DNA from: Coleofasciculus chthonoplastes F2-STO-03 | GTDB taxonomy: Bacteria; Cyanobacteriota; Cyanobacteriia; Cyanobacteriales; Coleofasciculaceae | DNA: 64,000 bases | Assembly (NCBI GenBank): GCA_040222015.1 | Contig: JAVJWO010000072.1 | Coordinates: forward strand, 1-64,000 | Reading direction: 5' to 3' | Part shown: in pieces, positions 1 to 10,418 of the stretch | Position numbering within the stretch: position 1 is the stretch's first letter | Layout of the letters: each line of letters begins with the position of its first letter | Notes under the pieces: generated by a model | The model's database searches: none | Told to the model about the DNA's origin: nothing | Seen by the model: only the letters and a program-made list of their open reading frames with translations | Translations under genes and position numbers: made by a program

Positions 1-2
1 AA

Positions 3-179
3 TGCCAGTATTGTGGGTACACAGCCGATAGGGATGTGGCATCCGCTCAAGTCGTAGAAATTAGAGGAGTCGTAGCCGTGGGACACACGGTTGGTAAGCT
101 TTCTGAGGGTAAAGGTCACGTCCTGGAAGACGCTAAACTCTACCTCCCTGTGACGGAAGAATCCCCCGCGCTCTTATAG
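3..179 (+). CDS. tnpB: C-terminal fragment of TnpB (IS200/IS605 RNA-guided nuclease), truncated by the window edge
   Basis: Frame +3 reads CQYCGYTADRDVASAQVVEIRG...EESPALL*. This matches the zinc-finger CxxCG followed by the DRD RuvC-III motif of TnpB. Not in the supplied ORF track. Confidence 0.85.
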   Translation, partial: CQYCGYTADRDVASAQVVEIRGVVAVGHTVGKLSEGKGHVLEDAKLYLPVTEESPALL

Positions 180-194
180 CCGGGGGAGTGTCAA
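159..194 (+). mobile_element. IS200/IS605 right end / 3' end of the TnpB omegaRNA scaffold
   Basis: GAA-TCCCCCG...CGGGGGA hairpin followed by GTGTCAA, overlapping the tnpB stop. A subterminal hairpin plus terminal TCAA is typical of this family. Confidence 0.8.
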
Positions 195-217
195 TCCAAT
201 TAATCCCTCACATCATT

Positions 218-1099
218 ATGATTCGTCTGCCCACCCAATCTAATCCCCCAGATTCTCCCCGGCAAACCTTGCCGACAATGTACGATTTACCCAGTGATAA
301 TCCGGAGGACCCTGGATTGCCCGATGAGTTTCACTTTTTTCAACCGCTTTTACTCCTTTTAACCTTTCAACCAACTCATTGGAATTGGGAGCAGGTGTTT
401 TCTGCCTGCGATTTGAATCTTTATTATGATGTGAATCATACCCACTGGTACAAGCGTCCTGATTGGTTTGGCGTTGTGGGGATTCCGCGCTTGTATGAAC
501 AGCGAGAGTTGCGCTTAAGTTATGTGATTTGGCAAGAGCAAATTAGTCCTTTTGTCGTGGTGGAGTTATTATCTCCGGGTACGGAGGGTGAGGATTTGGG
601 ACGCACAGTACCCCAAGCGGGAAGTCCACCCTCAAAATGGCAGGTTTACGAAAAGATTTTACGAGTCCCCTACTACGTTATTTTTAGCCGCTATACTCAT
701 GAACTGCAAATTTTCCATTTAGTGGAGGGGAATTATCAACGGGTAAATTTAACCGATAATAGGTTGGTGATACCCGAGTTAGGACTAAGCTTGGGATTAT
801 GGTCAGGACGATTTCGTGAGATTAACGGACGCTGGTTGCGATGGATGACACCTTCAGGAGAGTTGATTCCCACAGATAATGAACAAGCGATATTAACTGA
901 ACAACGGGCAATTGCTGCCCAAGAACAAGCACTATTAGCTGAACAACGGGCAATTGCTGCTGAAGAACGTGCCCAACAGGAAGCCCAACTCGCTCGACTA
1001 GCCCAAGAGCAGGCGATCGCTGCCGAAGAACGCGCCCAGCAATTGGCACAACGTTTGCGAGAATTAGGCATTGATCCCGATAATCTTGGCTCTTTCTAG
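218..1099 (+). CDS. Uma2/DUF820 family putative endonuclease with coiled-coil tail
   Basis: PDWFGV...VVVELLSPGT...KWQVYEKILRVPYYV motifs and a C-terminal EQRA repeat ending LRELGIDP. ATG 218 is preferred over GTG 188, which lies inside the IS end. Confidence 0.85.
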   Translation: MIRLPTQSNPPDSPRQTLPTMYDLPSDNPEDPGLPDEFHFFQPLLLLLTFQPTHWNWEQVFSACDLNLYYDVNHTHWYKRPDWFGVVGIPRLYEQRELRLSYVIWQEQISPFVVVELLSPGTEGEDLGRTVPQAGSPPSKWQVYEKILRVPYYVIFSRYTHELQIFHLVEGNYQRVNLTDNRLVIPELGLSLGLWSGRFREINGRWLRWMTPSGELIPTDNEQAILTEQRAIAAQEQALLAEQRAIAAEERAQQEAQLARLAQEQAIAAEERAQQLAQRLRELGIDPDNLGSF

Positions 1100-1253
1100 T
1101 GCAAGAAGGCAGAAATAACGCCAATAGCTAACGTCTCCCCCGGCTCCCCCAGTTCCCTCTGTTCCCTGGAAGAAATTTGTCAAGAATAAAACTATACAGG
1201 GTAGCATTAACCCCGTACAATGGATCATCCTTGTCTTACTGCCAACAGACCCT

Positions 1254-4200
1254 ATGAGTTCTCTCCTCCACTCATCCAATCAGGAATTGACCATCCCATC
1301 TACATCCCAATCCAAACTCCTGTTGCGTCACCGCATCAAAGTTGTGGAACAGTTGTGGGAGTCGGTTCTCCTTTCTGAATGTGGTCAAGAACTGGTCGAT
1401 TTGCTGGCGTCTTTGCGCCAATTAAGTTCGCCAGAAGGACAAGCCACAGGGTTTTCGCTTTCATCGATTCCGGAAGTGATCGAAGGGCTTGACCTGAACG
1501 CCGCGATTCGGGCATCTCGTGCTTTTGCGCTTTATTTCCAACTGATTAATGGTGTTGAACAACATTACGAACAGCGCGATCAACAACTTTTACGACGGGC
1601 TACCTACAATACATTAACGGGGAGCGATCGCACCTCGATGAAAGCGAATGGCAGTTCACTCCAAGCATCCAAGAACGGTGACGATGCTAAACCATCCGGG
1701 AGTGAACCCATGGCGGATTTATTAGAAAAACGTTGGCAGGACGATAGAAAAGCCACAAATACCAACAGTACCTTCCATTGGCTATTTCCTTATCTACGCA
1801 ACCTCAACGTACCCCCCCAGCATATTCAGCGGCTAATTGATAATCTGGATATTCGCCTAGTCTTTACCGCACACCCGACAGAAATTGTCCGACATACGAT
1901 TCGACAAAAACAACGGCGTATTTCTACAATCCTGCAACAGCTTGACCAAGCCGAGGAAGCATCACGGGCTTTAGGGTTGAACTCATCCTGGGAAGTAGAA
2001 GACTACACCGAACAACTTAGAGAAGAGATTCGGCTGTGGTGGCGTACCGATGAACTGCATCAATTTAAGCCCACGGTTCTGGATGAGGTGGATTACACCC
2101 TCCACTATTTTCAAGAAGTCTTGTTTGATGCCATTCCCCAACTCTATCAGCGCTTAAAACAGGGTATACAATCGTCTTTTCCCTGGCTGAATCCACCCCG
2201 GAAAAACTTCTGTAAGTTTGGCTCTTGGGTGGGAGCGGATCGGGATGGAAACCCCTCAGTTAAACCGGAAGTGACCTGGCAAACGGCTTGTTATCAGAGA
2301 AATCTGGTTCTGGAAAAATATATCTACTCAGTTAAACATCTGACCAATTTGTTGAGCTTATCATTGCACTGGAGTGATGTCCTACCGGAACTATTGGACT
2401 CTCTGGAACAAGATCGCTCCCAAATACCGGAGGTTTATGAACAATTAGCGATTCGTTACCGTCAAGAACCCTATCGCCTCAAACTTTCCTACATTCAGCA
2501 ACGACTGGAAAATACACTGGAGCGTAATCTCCACCTGTCTCAGAGCCAACCCCTACAGCCAATTGGTCTAGAAACAACGAACCCCTGCATTTACAACTCT
2601 GACCAAGAGTTTTTGGCAGAGTTACAACTGATTCAACGTAATCTAGCCGAGACGGGGTTAAGTTGTCAGGAACTTGAGACGCTCATCTGTCAGGTGGAAA
2701 TTTATGGGTTTAATCTGGCACACCTAGACATTCGTCAGGAAAGTTCTCGTCATAGTGATACGCTGCACGAGATTACCGACTATCTACAAATTCTACCCAA
2801 GCCCTATAACGAATTATCTGAAGCCGAACGCACCGAATGGTTAACCAAAGAGTTACCCACGCGCCGCCCTTTAATTCCGGCTGAACTCCCCTTTTCTGCC
2901 GAAGCCTGCGAAATCATTGAAACGTTCCGCATGTTGCGGCGACTACAACAAGAGTTTGGTGAACAAATTTGCCAAACCTATATTATTAGCATGAGTCACG
3001 AAGCCAGCGACTTGTTGGAAGTGTTGCTGTTGGCTCAGGAAGCTGGACTCTATGATCCAGCAACCGGAAGGAGTAGTATTCAGGTTGTCCCCTTATTTGA
3101 AACGGTAGACGACTTAAAACGAGCGCCAAGGGTGATGAAATCCCTGTTTGAGTTACCCCTGTATCGAGCGTGTTTAGCTGGCGGTTATCAGGCGCTAGAG
3201 GATTGCGAAAGAGCGATGGGTGAGGAGGATTCCCCGGCTTTCCCATCTTATCCTCAACCGTTGCAGGAGATAATGCTGGGCTACTCAGACAGTAATAAGG
3301 ATTCTGGGTTCTTAAGCAGTAATTGGGAAATTCACAAAGCCCAAAAAGCCCTACAGCAAATTGCCGAAGACTATGGGATTGCTGTACGTATTTTCCACGG
3401 ACGCGGCGGTTCCGTGGGGCGTGGCGGTGGACCGACGTATGAGGCGATTCTGGCGCAACCGGGGCGGAGTATCCAGGGACGGATTAAGATTACGGAACAG
3501 GGCGAAGTGCTGGCGTCGAAGTATTCTTTGCCAGAGTTGGCGCTGTATCACCTGGAAACCGTAACCACGGCGGTGATTCAAGCAAGTTTGCTGGGAAGTG
3601 GTTTTGACAACCTGGAACCGTGGAACGAAATCATGGAAGAATTGGCGGTGCGATCGCGCCAACATTATCGGGGGTTTGTGTATGAGCAGCCGGATTTCTT
3701 GGATTTCTTTAATGAAGTGACGCCCATTCAGGAAATTAGCCAGTTGCAAATCAGTTCTCGTCCCACCCGTCGCGGTGGTAAGAAAGATTTTAGCAGTCTG
3801 CGGGCAATTCCTTGGGTGTTTAGTTGGACGCAAAGTCGTTTCTTATTACCCAGTTGGTATGGCGTGGGTGCGGCGTTGAAAGGGTTTTTGGATGAGGAAC
3901 CCGAAGAAAATTTGAAACTGTTGCGTTATTTTTACTTCAAGTGGCCCTTTTTTAAGATGGTCATTTCCAAGGTAGAGATGACGTTGGCAAAAGTAGATCT
4001 GCAAATTGCGGGTCATTATGTGGAGAAGTTGTCCCACCCCGATGATCGAGAACGGTTTGATCGGTTATTCCAGCAAATTAGTGAGGAATTTAACCTGACT
4101 TGTGAGTTAATCTCGTTAATTACCGGACATAAGCAGTTACTGGATGGTGATCCAGAGTTACAGCGATCGGTACACTTGCGGAATGGTACGATTGTTCCCC

Positions 4201-4358
4201 TGGGTTTCTTGCAAGTCTCTTTGCTGAAACGGTTGCGCCAGCATAGCAGTCAGATGGCATCGGGGTTTGTTCAATCTCGGTATAGTAAAGGTGAGTTACT
4301 GCGGGGCGCGTTGTTGACGATTAACGGGATTGCTGCGGGTATGCGGAATACAGGTTGA
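1254..4358 (+). CDS. ppc: Phosphoenolpyruvate carboxylase
   Basis: [29 protein letters not shown] and LRAIPWVF motifs, with C-terminal [10 protein letters not shown]. Confidence 0.99.
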   Translation: MSSLLHSSNQELTIPSTSQSKLLLRHRIKVVEQLWESVLLSECGQELVDLLASLRQLSSPEGQATGFSLSSIPEVIEGLDLNAAIRASRAFALYFQLINGVEQHYEQRDQQLLRRATYNTLTGSDRTSMKANGSSLQASKNGDDAKPSGSEPMADLLEKRWQDDRKATNTNSTFHWLFPYLRNLNVPPQHIQRLIDNLDIRLVFTAHPTEIVRHTIRQKQRRISTILQQLDQAEEASRALGLNSSWEVEDYTEQLREEIRLWWRTDELHQFKPTVLDEVDYTLHYFQEVLFDAIPQLYQRLKQGIQSSFPWLNPPRKNFCKFGSWVGADRDGNPSVKPEVTWQTACYQRNLVLEKYIYSVKHLTNLLSLSLHWSDVLPELLDSLEQDRSQIPEVYEQLAIRYRQEPYRLKLSYIQQRLENTLERNLHLSQSQPLQPIGLETTNPCIYNSDQEFLAELQLIQRNLAETGLSCQELETLICQVEIYGFNLAHLDIRQESSRHSDTLHEITDYLQILPKPYNELSEAERTEWLTKELPTRRPLIPAELPFSAEACEIIETFRMLRRLQQEFGEQICQTYIISMSHEASDLLEVLLLAQEAGLYDPATGRSSIQVVPLFETVDDLKRAPRVMKSLFELPLYRACLAGGYQALEDCERAMGEEDSPAFPSYPQPLQEIMLGYSDSNKDSGFLSSNWEIHKAQKALQQIAEDYGIAVRIFHGRGGSVGRGGGPTYEAILAQPGRSIQGRIKITEQGEVLASKYSLPELALYHLETVTTAVIQASLLGSGFDNLEPWNEIMEELAVRSRQHYRGFVYEQPDFLDFFNEVTPIQEISQLQISSRPTRRGGKKDFSSLRAIPWVFSWTQSRFLLPSWYGVGAALKGFLDEEPEENLKLLRYFYFKWPFFKMVISKVEMTLAKVDLQIAGHYVEKLSHPDDRERFDRLFQQISEEFNLTCELISLITGHKQLLDGDPELQRSVHLRNGTIVPLGFLQVSLLKRLRQHSSQMASGFVQSRYSKGELLRGALLTINGIAAGMRNTG

Positions 4359-4360
4359 TT

Positions 4361-4409
4361 GTCATTGGTCATTGGTCATTGGTCATTGGTCATTGGTCAT
4401 TGGTCGTTG
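4361..4409. repeat. STRR heptamer tandem repeat (GTCATTG)n
   Basis: Six perfect copies plus one degenerate copy directly after the ppc stop. Confidence 0.95.
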
Positions 4410-4590
4410 TAGGGGCGACCCGCCTGCACTAATGAACAACACCAATAAACTCAATTGGATCGGGTCGCCCTCAACTGGCGCGGCACGGCTAAAATTGTGG
4501 AATAGATATTACCATTGAATCGGGCGCACGTCGGTGCGCCCCTACGGTGGAAAAGGTTGTAGGTTGGGTTGACGATAGGAAACCCAACAC
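4409..4590. repeat. Cluster of GTAG-type palindromic (REP-like) elements
   Basis: GTAGGGGCGACCCG..CGGGTCGCCC (second copy near 27490-27554); GGGCGCAC..GTGCGCCCCTAC; GTAGGTTGGGTT..AACCCAAC (related copy inverted at 48002-48030). Confidence 0.85.
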
Positions 4591-4617
4591 AAATGACCCA
4601 GCCAATACTCTAGACTT

Positions 4618-5793
4618 ATGCTCCAAGAAATCAATATAGAAAACTACAAATCCATTCAAAAGCTAAAGTTAGGCTTGGGGCGTGTAACTGTATTAATCGG
4701 TGAAAATGGTTCGGGTAAAAGTAATATACTCGAAGCGATCGCTTTAGCCTCAGCCGCTGCAAATGATAAATTAGATAATGAATTCTTGTTTTCAAGGGGC
4801 ATCAGGGTTACCAACCCGGAATATATGCGTTCAGCTTTCGATAAAGAGCAGATTACACAAGGTATAAAAATCAATTTTTACGGGGAAAATTCAGATTTTA
4901 AATTTGGTTATGTCCTTCAAAATAACAATCAACCCTATTCTTCATGGTTGATAGAAAAAGTAGATATAGATGTTGATAAAGAAACAGGAGAAAAAATTGT
5001 CAATAGTGAAATACAACGTTATATAAATCACCTTCAGAGAAATCTGTTGAGGGATGAAGTCATTGATTTCAACGCCATTGATGCTTTAATGGTAAAAGAA
5101 AAAATAATTCTACCAAAAACAATCAAACAAATAGGATTGAATCTTTTTTTGATTTACTCTCCAGAAAATTCTGCGTTGAGACAGTTTGAGAAAGAAGGGC
5201 AAATTCAACCACTAGGAATTAAGGGCGAAGGATTATTTAAACTCCTCAAAGTATTGAGTTTAGATCAAATTAAAATTAATGAACTCAAAGAAAAACTAAG
5301 ACTACTGTTTTGGTTTGAGGATTTCACCATTCATTCCGACTTCCTTGATAGTGAAAAAAGCCTGAAGACAAAAGATAGATATTTAGATCCCGACTTATCT
5401 GCCTTTGACCAAAAAAGTGCAAATGAAGGGTTTTTGTTTTTATTATTTTACTTTGCGCTTTTTATTAGTGACGATACACCGCGTTTTTTTGCAATAGATA
5501 ATATTGACGCTTCGCTGAACCCCAAATTATGCAGCCAGTTAATGCGAGAGTTAGTCCAGTTAGCCAAAAAGTATGATAAGCAATTTATCGTTACCACCCA
5601 TAATCCAGCAATTTTAGATGGATTAGACTTAGATGATCCGGAGCAACAACTCTGGGTTATTTACCGGAATAAATTTGGACATACCAAAGCTAGACCCGTT
5701 GAAAAGCCCACTCCTCTGGAAGGACAAGATCCGGTAAAATTATCAGAAGCATTCATGAGAGGCTACATCGGCGGACTTCCGAAAAATTTCTAG
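4618..5793 (+). CDS. AAA_21/AbiEii-like ABC-type ATPase
   Basis: IENYKSI start, Walker A GENGSGKS, FAIDNIDASLNP and TTHNP H-loop; AT-rich. Confidence 0.9.
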   Translation: MLQEINIENYKSIQKLKLGLGRVTVLIGENGSGKSNILEAIALASAAANDKLDNEFLFSRGIRVTNPEYMRSAFDKEQITQGIKINFYGENSDFKFGYVLQNNNQPYSSWLIEKVDIDVDKETGEKIVNSEIQRYINHLQRNLLRDEVIDFNAIDALMVKEKIILPKTIKQIGLNLFLIYSPENSALRQFEKEGQIQPLGIKGEGLFKLLKVLSLDQIKINELKEKLRLLFWFEDFTIHSDFLDSEKSLKTKDRYLDPDLSAFDQKSANEGFLFLLFYFALFISDDTPRFFAIDNIDASLNPKLCSQLMRELVQLAKKYDKQFIVTTHNPAILDGLDLDDPEQQLWVIYRNKFGHTKARPVEKPTPLEGQDPVKLSEAFMRGYIGGLPKNF

Positions 5794-5794
5794 T

Positions 5795-6084
5795 ATGACG
5801 ACTTTTGGCTTGATAGCAGAAGGCATAACTGATCAAGTGGTTATTGAAAATATTTTAATCGGGTATTTTAATAATCCTGATATTGTGGTTAACCCCCTGT
5901 TACCTCTCAGGGATGAAACCGATAAAAACAGAGTTGAAAATTATAGCAATTGGTTAAAAGTATTTGACTATTGTGCTTCTAGCAAATTTAAAGAAGCGTT
6001 TCAATCCGAAATCCCAGCCTAAAGATTTTTGTAGAAGGAATTCAGGCGAAAAATATTGTTATAGACGATGACCTATTTGAATAG
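5795..6084 (+). pseudogene. Probable internally deleted partner gene of the ATPase (TOPRIM-like IAEGITD start)
   Basis: The 75-aa ORF stops at 6022. A different frame (6010-6084) reads NPSLKIFVEGIQAKNIVIDDDLFE*, which looks like a C-terminus and suggests deletion with frameshift. Confidence 0.6.
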
Positions 6085-6344
6085 AATGTCCCAGACTTCA
6101 TTTAGGTTCGTAGTAGGCACTTTAGTGCCATAAGCGACTATTTTGCCCCCTCAATTCCTGAGACTTAAGTTTCATGTATCACATTCCCCAGTATGAATTT
6201 GTGACAGATGTTAATCAGAGGCACTTCAGCTTTCAGTTGACACTCATAAATGATATTATAGTCCTAACGAATTAATTATCCCTGAGCTATTAGCGGGATA
6301 CCCCTACTATCTAATTGTATCGAGTTAAATTAGAAAATACAAAA

Positions 6345-7295
6345 GTGACGACAGAAAAATATACCCAACGTGATGTCAAACGTCCAACCACAGCAGAAGT
6401 TGTTTGTTTTGGTTCGCTCATGGCTATGGAGTTACTCGTCATTGATGAATGGCCCCAACGAAATTTTGGCGGTCTATTTAAGGAACAACGAGATAGTTTG
6501 GGACAAGATGCCGCCATGATTGCCACAATGTTGCGCGGGTGGGATATTCCCAGTGGTTTGATTGGTTCAGCCTTGGGGAAAGACTATCGAGGACGATGGC
6601 TGGCAGAACACCTTAAATCTAGTGGGGTTTTGGGTGAAGTGCGCTTCGATTCGCAACTGCCAACCACACTGGTGGTCTTAATTTCAGATGCTATGGGGGG
6701 TCGTACTTACTTTTGGCAACCAGATAAAAGAGTATTAGCGACGTTAGATACGGCTGATTTGTCTCTGTTAAATGGAAGCCGTCTCCTGTATGTCGATTGG
6801 TATGACGAAGATCACATTCTCCGTCCTATGGATGAAGCCATTAAACTCAATATTCCTGTCTTTTTAAACCTGGAACATTTGCACGAAGATCCCGATATTT
6901 TAACCCGATATGCGGGACGGGCGACGATTTGTCAAGCCATCACAGATTCTGCCCAACGGGGTGATCAATCGCCTTTAGCGGTAGCCCAGACTTTGCTGGA
7001 TGCGGGTGTAAAAACAGCGCTGATCACGTTAGCGGGAGAAGGATGCTTGGTCGTACAGGAGCAGAATGCGATTCGGGTTCATGCTCCCTCAATTCAGGCA
7101 ATTGATTCATTTGGTGCAGGTGCTACGTTCTCGGCAGGTTTTATCTACGGCTATCTCCAGGGGTGGAGTTTGGAGACAATGGCACGGTTTGCGACAGCTA
7201 CAGCTTCGATCAAATGTAGTCGTGTGGGACTTGAACCGCCTGATTTGATGGAAAGCCAAACCTTAGCAGAACAACTTCAAGTGGACTATCTTTAG
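6345..7295 (+). CDS. PfkB/ribokinase-family kinase (atypical)
   Basis: VVCFGS N-terminus, LITLAGEG and DSFGAGATFSAGFIYG signature, with the canonical GAGD Asp replaced by Ala. Start is uncertain (GTG 6345 or TTG 6315). Confidence 0.85.
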   Translation: MTTEKYTQRDVKRPTTAEVVCFGSLMAMELLVIDEWPQRNFGGLFKEQRDSLGQDAAMIATMLRGWDIPSGLIGSALGKDYRGRWLAEHLKSSGVLGEVRFDSQLPTTLVVLISDAMGGRTYFWQPDKRVLATLDTADLSLLNGSRLLYVDWYDEDHILRPMDEAIKLNIPVFLNLEHLHEDPDILTRYAGRATICQAITDSAQRGDQSPLAVAQTLLDAGVKTALITLAGEGCLVVQEQNAIRVHAPSIQAIDSFGAGATFSAGFIYGYLQGWSLETMARFATATASIKCSRVGLEPPDLMESQTLAEQLQVDYL

Positions 7296-7363
7296 TAAGA
7301 AGGGAATAGGGAATAGGGAATTGGCTTTGCCTATTCTTCTATTGCCCATTCCCCATTTCCTAA

Positions 7364-8833
7364 TTAAAACTTATGGACTTTTTTAGTCATCAATTTTCCT
7401 TGGCTGGAAAATATCTCCACCGTCAATCCATCTAAATCCACGGTGACTCGTGTGAACAGATCAACGGAAACCACTGGACTGGCTTCAGCTAACTCGTAAC
7501 GGTGAGTTGAAAGCGTGACCAATTTACCCTCCATCTGGAAATGTTTCGCTTGCCTGTGAATCAGGGGCCAAGACAAACCTGAAGAGATAACCGAAATTAT
7601 TTTAAAATCAGGCTTCTCCTGACACCGTAATTCAGCACTCATGCCACAAGCGACATCTCCAGCTAAAAAGACGACTCGTTTGATATCATGGTCGAAAATT
7701 AAATCGAGCAGTTCTGTACGTTGCTTTAGGAAGCCGCCCCATTTGTCTGAATCGAGTCCCTCTCCAGACAACTTATCTGGAAAAAAGGGAATGGACGTCA
7801 TCACACATTTGACCCGATCTGAACCATCACATAACCAGGCTTTTAAAGCCTCCATTTGTGCCGAGCTTAACATGGCACGGGTTTCTGTCGTATCACCTAA
7901 CTGCCGTTCTGTGCGACAGTCTAGGGCGAAAAAGTCACAACAACCATCCTGAAAGGTGTACCACAGGCGGCAATTCCCCCAGAAGCCACTATACCGTTCT
8001 CGTTCATCCTGTTCAAGTGCAGGGAATAAGGGACCATGGCTCATTTGGTAGGTTTCATAGGCTTGAAGTGCGGCTGGATAAACAAGTTGCCATTCTTTGT
8101 CCCCAGCATTACGGGGCCAATTGTCCAGGATATCATGGTCATCCAGGGTCATGTAGGTGGGGACTTGTGCCATCAGTTGCCGCACATTGGGTTGAGAAAA
8201 GGTGGTTCGATAGCGGTCAAAATATCGCTCAACGGTTAAGTCAGCATCCGTGACTTCCTCGAAGTTATCGTCAGCATAAATTTGGTCACCCACTAAAAGA
8301 AACGCATCGGTGGCAATCCCTTGCTCAATTTGTTGATTAATTGCCGCAAAGGTTTGCTCCCCATCCTCTACATATCGCCATACTCCGGGCGCTAGTCGCT
8401 GCATATAACGGCAGGCTCCATAGACAAAGGAACGAGGACGCTGGGGATCATTACTTCCGGATTTAAAACGTTGTTGATTAGCTTTTGACCAGTCTATTTT
8501 TAGTTGTGAATCGGGTTCATCTTCACAGACAAACCAACCCATTTGATACTCATAGTCGGTTTCTGGTTTGAGTCCGGTAAACGTGACGACGCCAGACATA
8601 TCAAAATTCGGATTCATTTTAAAGAATTGGGGCGGCTGAAACTCTGACTCTCCCACGGCACGGATACGAGCTACACCAAAACAGGGTTGAAACAGTTGAT
8701 GGGTTTGCACACCCCACCCTGGGGGTAACGCATGAGGTGATGGCAGATATTCAGCCCGTCCAAATATACGAGCGCTTTGGTCAGTCACATGTCCGAGAAT
8801 GGGTCCAACGGTTAGCGGTTTTAATTGAATCAT
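7364..8833 (-). CDS. PhoD-family alkaline phosphatase/phosphodiesterase, no signal peptide
   Basis: GPILGHVT, GDQIYADD, LDDHDILDNW, LDCRTER, DKWGGF and LAGDV motifs. Confidence 0.85.
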   Translation of the reverse strand: MIQLKPLTVGPILGHVTDQSARIFGRAEYLPSPHALPPGWGVQTHQLFQPCFGVARIRAVGESEFQPPQFFKMNPNFDMSGVVTFTGLKPETDYEYQMGWFVCEDEPDSQLKIDWSKANQQRFKSGSNDPQRPRSFVYGACRYMQRLAPGVWRYVEDGEQTFAAINQQIEQGIATDAFLLVGDQIYADDNFEEVTDADLTVERYFDRYRTTFSQPNVRQLMAQVPTYMTLDDHDILDNWPRNAGDKEWQLVYPAALQAYETYQMSHGPLFPALEQDERERYSGFWGNCRLWYTFQDGCCDFFALDCRTERQLGDTTETRAMLSSAQMEALKAWLCDGSDRVKCVMTSIPFFPDKLSGEGLDSDKWGGFLKQRTELLDLIFDHDIKRVVFLAGDVACGMSAELRCQEKPDFKIISVISSGLSWPLIHRQAKHFQMEGKLVTLSTHRYELAEASPVVSVDLFTRVTVDLDGLTVEIFSSQGKLMTKKVHKF

Positions 8834-8918
8834 GGTGTGTATTTGTAATGATGGTTGTTGATTCTATTTTCAGATGGCAGCTAAAGTGTCAAGATATTTG
8901 ATCGTAACGTTGATGTTT

Positions 8919-10400
8919 TTATCGGAAATGGTTAGCCAGTTTTACTTCAACAAACTTTGTGCTAGGTTGTTGGATTAATACATCAGCATAATTGCAGATT
9001 AATTGCCAAGCCTGCTTAACATGATTTCGATCGGTTTGGGCTTGACCAATTGACAGACGTAAGGTGAGTTTATGATTGAGTCGGGTTGGGCTTAAGTAGA
9101 GTTTTCCGGAGGCATTTAGATGCTGGATGAGTGCCTGATTCACGGAGTCGCCACCCTTGAGTCGAAAGCAAACTAAATTAAGGGGAGGATCGACAACTAA
9201 CTCAAAGCGTGGATCAGAGTTGACCCATTGGGCAAACTCTTGGGCTAAGGCAACATGTTTGCGAATATAATGTTGTAAACCTTCAATCCCATAATGGCGA
9301 ATCACAAACCACAACTTGAGGCTTTTGAAGCGGCGAGCGAGGGGAATCTGCCAGTCTCGATAGTCAATCACCTGTCCAGATTCCGTGGCTTCATTTTTCA
9401 GGTAGTCTGGCATGATCGAGAGGGCTTGAACTAATTTTTCCCGATGTTTGACATAGAAGCAATTACAGTCAAAGTTTGTCATCATCCATTTATGGGGATT
9501 GAAGCAATAGCTATCAGCTTGTTCTAATCCCTGGTGAATCCAGCGGAACTCTGGACATAAAGCAGCGGTACCACTCATGGCTGCATCTACATGGAACCAG
9601 AGGTGATACTCTTGCGCGATCGCTCCCAGCTTTGCGATCGGGTCAATTCCGTTGGAGGAGGTGGTTCCCACGGTTGCGGCTAAGTAACAGGGAATCAAAT
9701 CGGCTTGGATATCGGCTTCAATACACTGTTGCAGCGCTTCTTTCCGCATCGCATAATACTCATCCACCTCAATTAAACGCACGTTTTCCGGACGCAACCC
9801 AACAATCTTTGCGGCTCTTTCAATGGAGCAGTGCGCTTCTTTTGACGTGTACGCCACCAACCGATTAATATCAGCTTGAGTTTGTTCTCTGGCGGCGATA
9901 AGAGAAACCACAGCCGCGCTACAAGCTGAATCTTGCAGTACACCTCCCCCAGTTTCTGAGGATTTAAAGTGGGAGGGTAATCCCAACATATCAACCAGCC
10001 AGTCGAGTACATGGGTTTCTAGCTCCGTACAAGCGGGAGAGGCTGCCCACAAAAATCCTAACACCCCCATCCCCGCACTCATTAATTCTCCTAAAATTGA
10101 GGGAGCAGAAGCACCCGCTGGAAAAAAGGCAAAAAAGTTAGGCGATTGCCAGTGCGTTAATCCCGGCACAATGATCTGATCAATATCTTTTAAAATTGCA
10201 TCAAATGATTCACCGGTTTGGGGGGCAGCATCGGGCAAGTTAGCTCTAATCTCTCCGGGTTTAACTTGAGATAGAACGGGTAAATCCTCTACAGTCTGCA
10301 TGTAGTTAGCGATCCAATCAATTGTTTGATATCCCCAATGGCGAAATTCCTCTGGGGACATGTGATAGTTGATTTCTTTCATGGTAATTTCCTCAGTCAT
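8919..10400 (-). CDS. PLP-dependent group II decarboxylase, aromatic-L-amino-acid decarboxylase-like
   Basis: THWQSPNFFAFFP, SPACTELE, HVDAA, NPHKW (PLP Lys) and DWQIPLARRF. Confidence 0.93.
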   Translation of the reverse strand: MTEEITMKEINYHMSPEEFRHWGYQTIDWIANYMQTVEDLPVLSQVKPGEIRANLPDAAPQTGESFDAILKDIDQIIVPGLTHWQSPNFFAFFPAGASAPSILGELMSAGMGVLGFLWAASPACTELETHVLDWLVDMLGLPSHFKSSETGGGVLQDSACSAAVVSLIAAREQTQADINRLVAYTSKEAHCSIERAAKIVGLRPENVRLIEVDEYYAMRKEALQQCIEADIQADLIPCYLAATVGTTSSNGIDPIAKLGAIAQEYHLWFHVDAAMSGTAALCPEFRWIHQGLEQADSYCFNPHKWMMTNFDCNCFYVKHREKLVQALSIMPDYLKNEATESGQVIDYRDWQIPLARRFKSLKLWFVIRHYGIEGLQHYIRKHVALAQEFAQWVNSDPRFELVVDPPLNLVCFRLKGGDSVNQALIQHLNASGKLYLSPTRLNHKLTLRLSIGQAQTDRNHVKQAWQLICNYADVLIQQPSTKFVEVKLANHFR

Positions 10401-10418
10401 TCAATAACAGGATTTTAT

